A stretch of 64,000 nt of DNA from positions 10,314-74,313 of the forward strand of contig JAQXVF010000009.1 of NCBI GenBank assembly GCA_029224785.1. Reading direction: 5' to 3'. Position 1 is the first letter of the stretch, and the number at the start of each line of letters is the position of its first letter. The position numbers and the translations under genes were made by a program. This document shows positions 62,239 to 64,000 of the stretch, piece by piece. Origin of the DNA: Bacillota bacterium (GTDB taxonomy: Bacteria > Bacillota > Clostridia > Oscillospirales > Oscillospiraceae). Below the pieces are notes generated by a model. The model worked only from the letters and a program-made list of their open reading frames with translations. It did no database searches and was not told where the DNA came from.

Positions 62239-63522
62239 ATGAACGATTATCAGATCAATACCAAATGCGTCCAGGCGGGCTATACTCCCGGAAACGGTGA
62301 GCCCCGCCAGATTCCCATCATTCAGTCCACCACCTTCAAATACGACACCAGCGAGGAGATGGGCAAACTCTTCGATCTGGAGGCCAGCGGATACTTCTAC
62401 ACCCGGCTTCAGAACCCTACCAATGACTATGTCGCGGCAAAGATCGCAGCGCTGGAGGGCGGTACGGCCGCCATGCTGACCTCTTCCGGTCAGGCAGCCA
62501 ACTTCTATGCCCTGTTCAACATTTGCGAGTGCGGCAGTCACATCGTTGCCTCCTCCTCCATCTACGGCGGTACCTTCAATCTGATCTCCGTGACCATGGC
62601 AAAGATGGGCATTTCCGCCACCTTCGTCTCTCCCGACTGCAGCGAAGAGGAACTGAACGCTGCCTTCCGCGACAACACCAGGGCGGTTTTCGGAGAGACC
62701 ATCGCCAACCCCGCCCTGACCGTGCTGGATATTGAGAAATTCGCCCGAGCCGCACACAGCCACGGCGTTCCTCTGATTGTGGACAACACCTTCCCCACTC
62801 CGGTCAACTGCCGTCCCATCGAATGGGGCGCGGATATCGTGACCCACTCCACCACCAAATACATGGACGGTCACGGCGCTGCCGTTGGCGGCTGCATCGT
62901 GGACGGCGGAAAGTTTGACTGGATGGCACACGCCCACAAATATCCCGGCCTGTGTACCCCCGATGAATCCTACCACGGCGTCACCTACGCAGAAAAGTTT
63001 GGAAAGGAAGGCGCCTTTATCAGCAAATGCACCTCTCAGCTCATGCGGGATCTGGGTTCCATCCAGTCTCCCCAGAACGCCTTCATCCTGAACCTGGGCC
63101 TGGAATCCCTCCATGTTCGTATGCCCCGTCATGTGGAGAACGGACAGGCAGTGGCAGAATTCCTGGCCAATCAGCCCCAGGTGGAGTATGTCAGTTATCC
63201 CGGCCTGCCCAGTAACCCCTACTATGACCTGGCTCAGAAATACATGGGCAACGGCGGCTGCGGTGTTGTCTCCTTCTGCCTGAAGGGCGGCCGCATTGCT
63301 GCGGAGAAGTTCCTGAAAAATCTGAAGCTGGCAGCCATCGAGACCCATGTTGCCGACGCCCGGACCTGCTGTCTGAATCCTGCCACCTCCACCCACCGTC
63401 AGATGACGGAGGAGCAGCTCCTCACCGCCGGCGTCCCTGCCGGACTGGTTCGGATTTCCTGCGGTCTGGAGGACAAGAACGACCTGATCGCCGATCTGAA
63501 GCAGGCTCTGGAGGCCATCTGA
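62239..63522 (+). CDS. metY: O-acetylhomoserine aminocarboxypropyltransferase / sulfhydrylase
   Basis: ORF 61705..63522. Start MNDYQINTKCVQAGY at 62239, 7 nt after GGAGGA. The STTKYMDGHG PLP-lysine motif is typical of MetY/Cys-Met-metabolism PLP enzymes. Confidence 0.9.
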   Translation: MNDYQINTKCVQAGYTPGNGEPRQIPIIQSTTFKYDTSEEMGKLFDLEASGYFYTRLQNPTNDYVAAKIAALEGGTAAMLTSSGQAANFYALFNICECGSHIVASSSIYGGTFNLISVTMAKMGISATFVSPDCSEEELNAAFRDNTRAVFGETIANPALTVLDIEKFARAAHSHGVPLIVDNTFPTPVNCRPIEWGADIVTHSTTKYMDGHGAAVGGCIVDGGKFDWMAHAHKYPGLCTPDESYHGVTYAEKFGKEGAFISKCTSQLMRDLGSIQSPQNAFILNLGLESLHVRMPRHVENGQAVAEFLANQPQVEYVSYPGLPSNPYYDLAQKYMGNGGCGVVSFCLKGGRIAAEKFLKNLKLAAIETHVADARTCCLNPATSTHRQMTEEQLLTAGVPAGLVRISCGLEDKNDLIADLKQALEAI

Positions 63523-63525
63523 ACT

Positions 63526-64000
63526 GTGGAACTGCAGCAGATCTATCGGCTCCCCGAGGAAGAACTGCAGATCCAGGAAATCTACCGCTATTTCAACGAG
63601 GACACCCGTCTCAGCCGCTCCAAAGCGGCCAGGGTAGAATTCCTTACCACCGTCCGCTACATCCAGCAGTATCTGAAGCCCGGAGACCGGATCCTGGATG
63701 TAGGGGCCGGTACCGGGGCATACAGTCTCTATTTTGCCGGAAAAGGATATCCGGTCTGTGCACTGGAGCTGGCAGATAACAACATTTTGGTGTTCCGCAG
63801 GAAACTGACACCGGAATTGCCTGTGGAGCTGGTTCCGGGAAACGCTGTAGATTTGAGCCGGTATGCCTCGGAATCCTTTGACATCGTCCTGGTATTCGGG
63901 CCTCTGTACCATCTTCACAAGCCGGAGGACCGGAAAAAGTGTATTGACGAAGCAAAGCGAGTGTGCAAACCCGGAGGAAAGCTATTCTTTTCCTTCATTT
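63526..64000 (+). CDS. class I SAM-dependent methyltransferase, 3' end runs off the window
   Basis: Not in the ORF track (edge-truncated). GTG 63526 opens a frame translating VELQQIYRLPEEE...ILDVGAGTGAYSLYFAGKGYPVCALEL...FDIVLVFGPLYHL...CKPGGKLFFSF (motif I DVGAGTG plus post-I/II motifs). Confidence 0.75.
   Translation, partial: MELQQIYRLPEEELQIQEIYRYFNEDTRLSRSKAARVEFLTTVRYIQQYLKPGDRILDVGAGTGAYSLYFAGKGYPVCALELADNNILVFRRKLTPELPVELVPGNAVDLSRYASESFDIVLVFGPLYHLHKPEDRKKCIDEAKRVCKPGGKLFFSFI

Noticed and set aside
1-64000. Mobile elements, CRISPR arrays, tRNA/rRNA genes, prophage or defence islands
   Set aside because: I scanned the intergenic regions and ORF translations. I found no transposase/integrase/recombinase motifs, no spaced direct repeats, no tRNA-like T-arm (GGTTCGAATCC-type) sequences and no rRNA. 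Coding density and gene content are those of core chromosome.

Overview
Dense, mostly housekeeping chromosome segment. It appears to come from a spore-forming Firmicute, class Clostridia, possibly Oscillospirales-like; this is inferred from gene content and moderately high GC, not computed. I found no rRNA, tRNA, CRISPR, transposase or phage genes. Gene order, left to right:
- truncated ABC exporter, RluA-family pseudouridine synthase, HEXXH protein, MATE pump
- an ATP-grasp / H..C hypothetical / radical-SAM / MFS / GDPD cluster
- spoVAD-spoVAE, map, a tiny N/Q-repeat ORF, addB-addA, spoIIR, ispE
- a divergent pair of membrane proteins with Ig/FN3-like ectodomains, one carrying a Hanks-type kinase-like domain
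- an 8-gene aroF-tyrA-aroB-aroA-aroC-pheA-aroE/K-aroQ operon
- a gtrA-like / ABC ATPase / giant FtsX permease operon, a LUD-domain protein and an aminotransferase
- a second ATP-grasp, a diaminobutyrate aminotransferase and a murT / gatD-like pair, then a GNAT
- a T-box-led cysS-polA-rimI-tsaD operon, a DUF3298-type lipoprotein and asnB
- a YesM/YesN-type two-component system with PspC and an ABC-2 transporter
- a CDP-alcohol phosphatidyltransferase, metY and a truncated methyltransferase

Most interesting observations:
1. A 22-codon leader ORF (MILSTSAAQFFFGYYYFFAEKK) with alternative hairpins and an intrinsic terminator sits in front of the Phe/Tyr/shikimate operon. This looks like a classical ribosome-mediated attenuator, in a phylum that normally uses T-boxes.
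2. A 44-aa protein that is 64 percent Asn+Gln, built from a 4x tandem repeat, lies behind a near-consensus sigmaG-type promoter. It could be a gamma-SASP-like spore storage protein.
3. A murT / gatD-like pair, in which the GatD-like protein seems to lack the canonical Cys and His, lies next to a diaminobutyrate aminotransferase and an ATP-grasp ligase.
4. Three tandem consensus DnaA boxes plus an AT-rich tract lie just downstream of tsaD.
5. A forespore-type promoter appears to be embedded in the ispE terminator directly in front of spoIIR.

All functional calls rest on motif recognition by eye. No database search was possible.
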